A stretch of DNA of 43,478 nt, taken from a virus. The DNA is taken from UHGV virus genome UHGV-0111942, one strand, 5' to 3'. A program made the translations under genes and the position numbers. Positions 43,443-43,478 of this stretch are shown here, one piece after another. Position 1 is the first letter of the stretch. Every line of letters begins with the position of its first letter. Below the pieces are notes generated by a model that did not search any database, was not told where the DNA came from, and worked only from the letters and a program-made list of their open reading frames with translations.

Positions 43443-43478
43443 TTTCCGCATACTTCCAACTCCTGCCGGAGTTTGTCG
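43439..43478 (-). CDS. o-spanin 3' part (..IDKLRQELEVCGK*)
   Basis: In-frame continuation of 194..1 if the ends are joined. Confidence 0.75.
   Translation of the reverse strand, partial: DKLRQELEVCGK

Overview
The window is a ~43.5 kb temperate podovirus genome of the BPP-1/epsilon15 type. The host is probably an alphaproteobacterium, inferred from a GapR/DUF2312 gene. The genome appears complete and circular: an o-spanin ORF runs off base 1 and continues in frame from base 43478, and the tRNA-Arg att core has integrase arm-type repeats on both sides, as expected for attP. The minus strand carries cro, GapR and replication genes, a late promoter, terminase, portal, scaffold, capsid, adaptor, a split nozzle, three ejection proteins (one a 2.3 kaa polyvalent protein), a moron cluster, tail fibres, an unknown five-gene cassette and lysis genes. 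The plus strand carries the repressor, small early genes, two DNA methyltransferases, xis and int. Five signals stand out. (1) A moron-encoded membrane protein carries repeated copies of the DEWGEWEPVNIP motif found at the N-terminus of the phage's own large ejection protein, a candidate decoy-type superinfection exclusion system. (2) The nozzle gene is split, with its N-terminal strand fused to PEGA-like and Gly-rich domains. (3) Two unannotated paralogous type I toxin-antitoxin loci encode 20-aa peptides. (4) An orphan PemK/MazF toxin faces a convergent structured ncRNA. (5) A glycine-zipper gene cassette has a pseudoknot-like leader. All product calls come from motif recognition and gene order; no searches were run.
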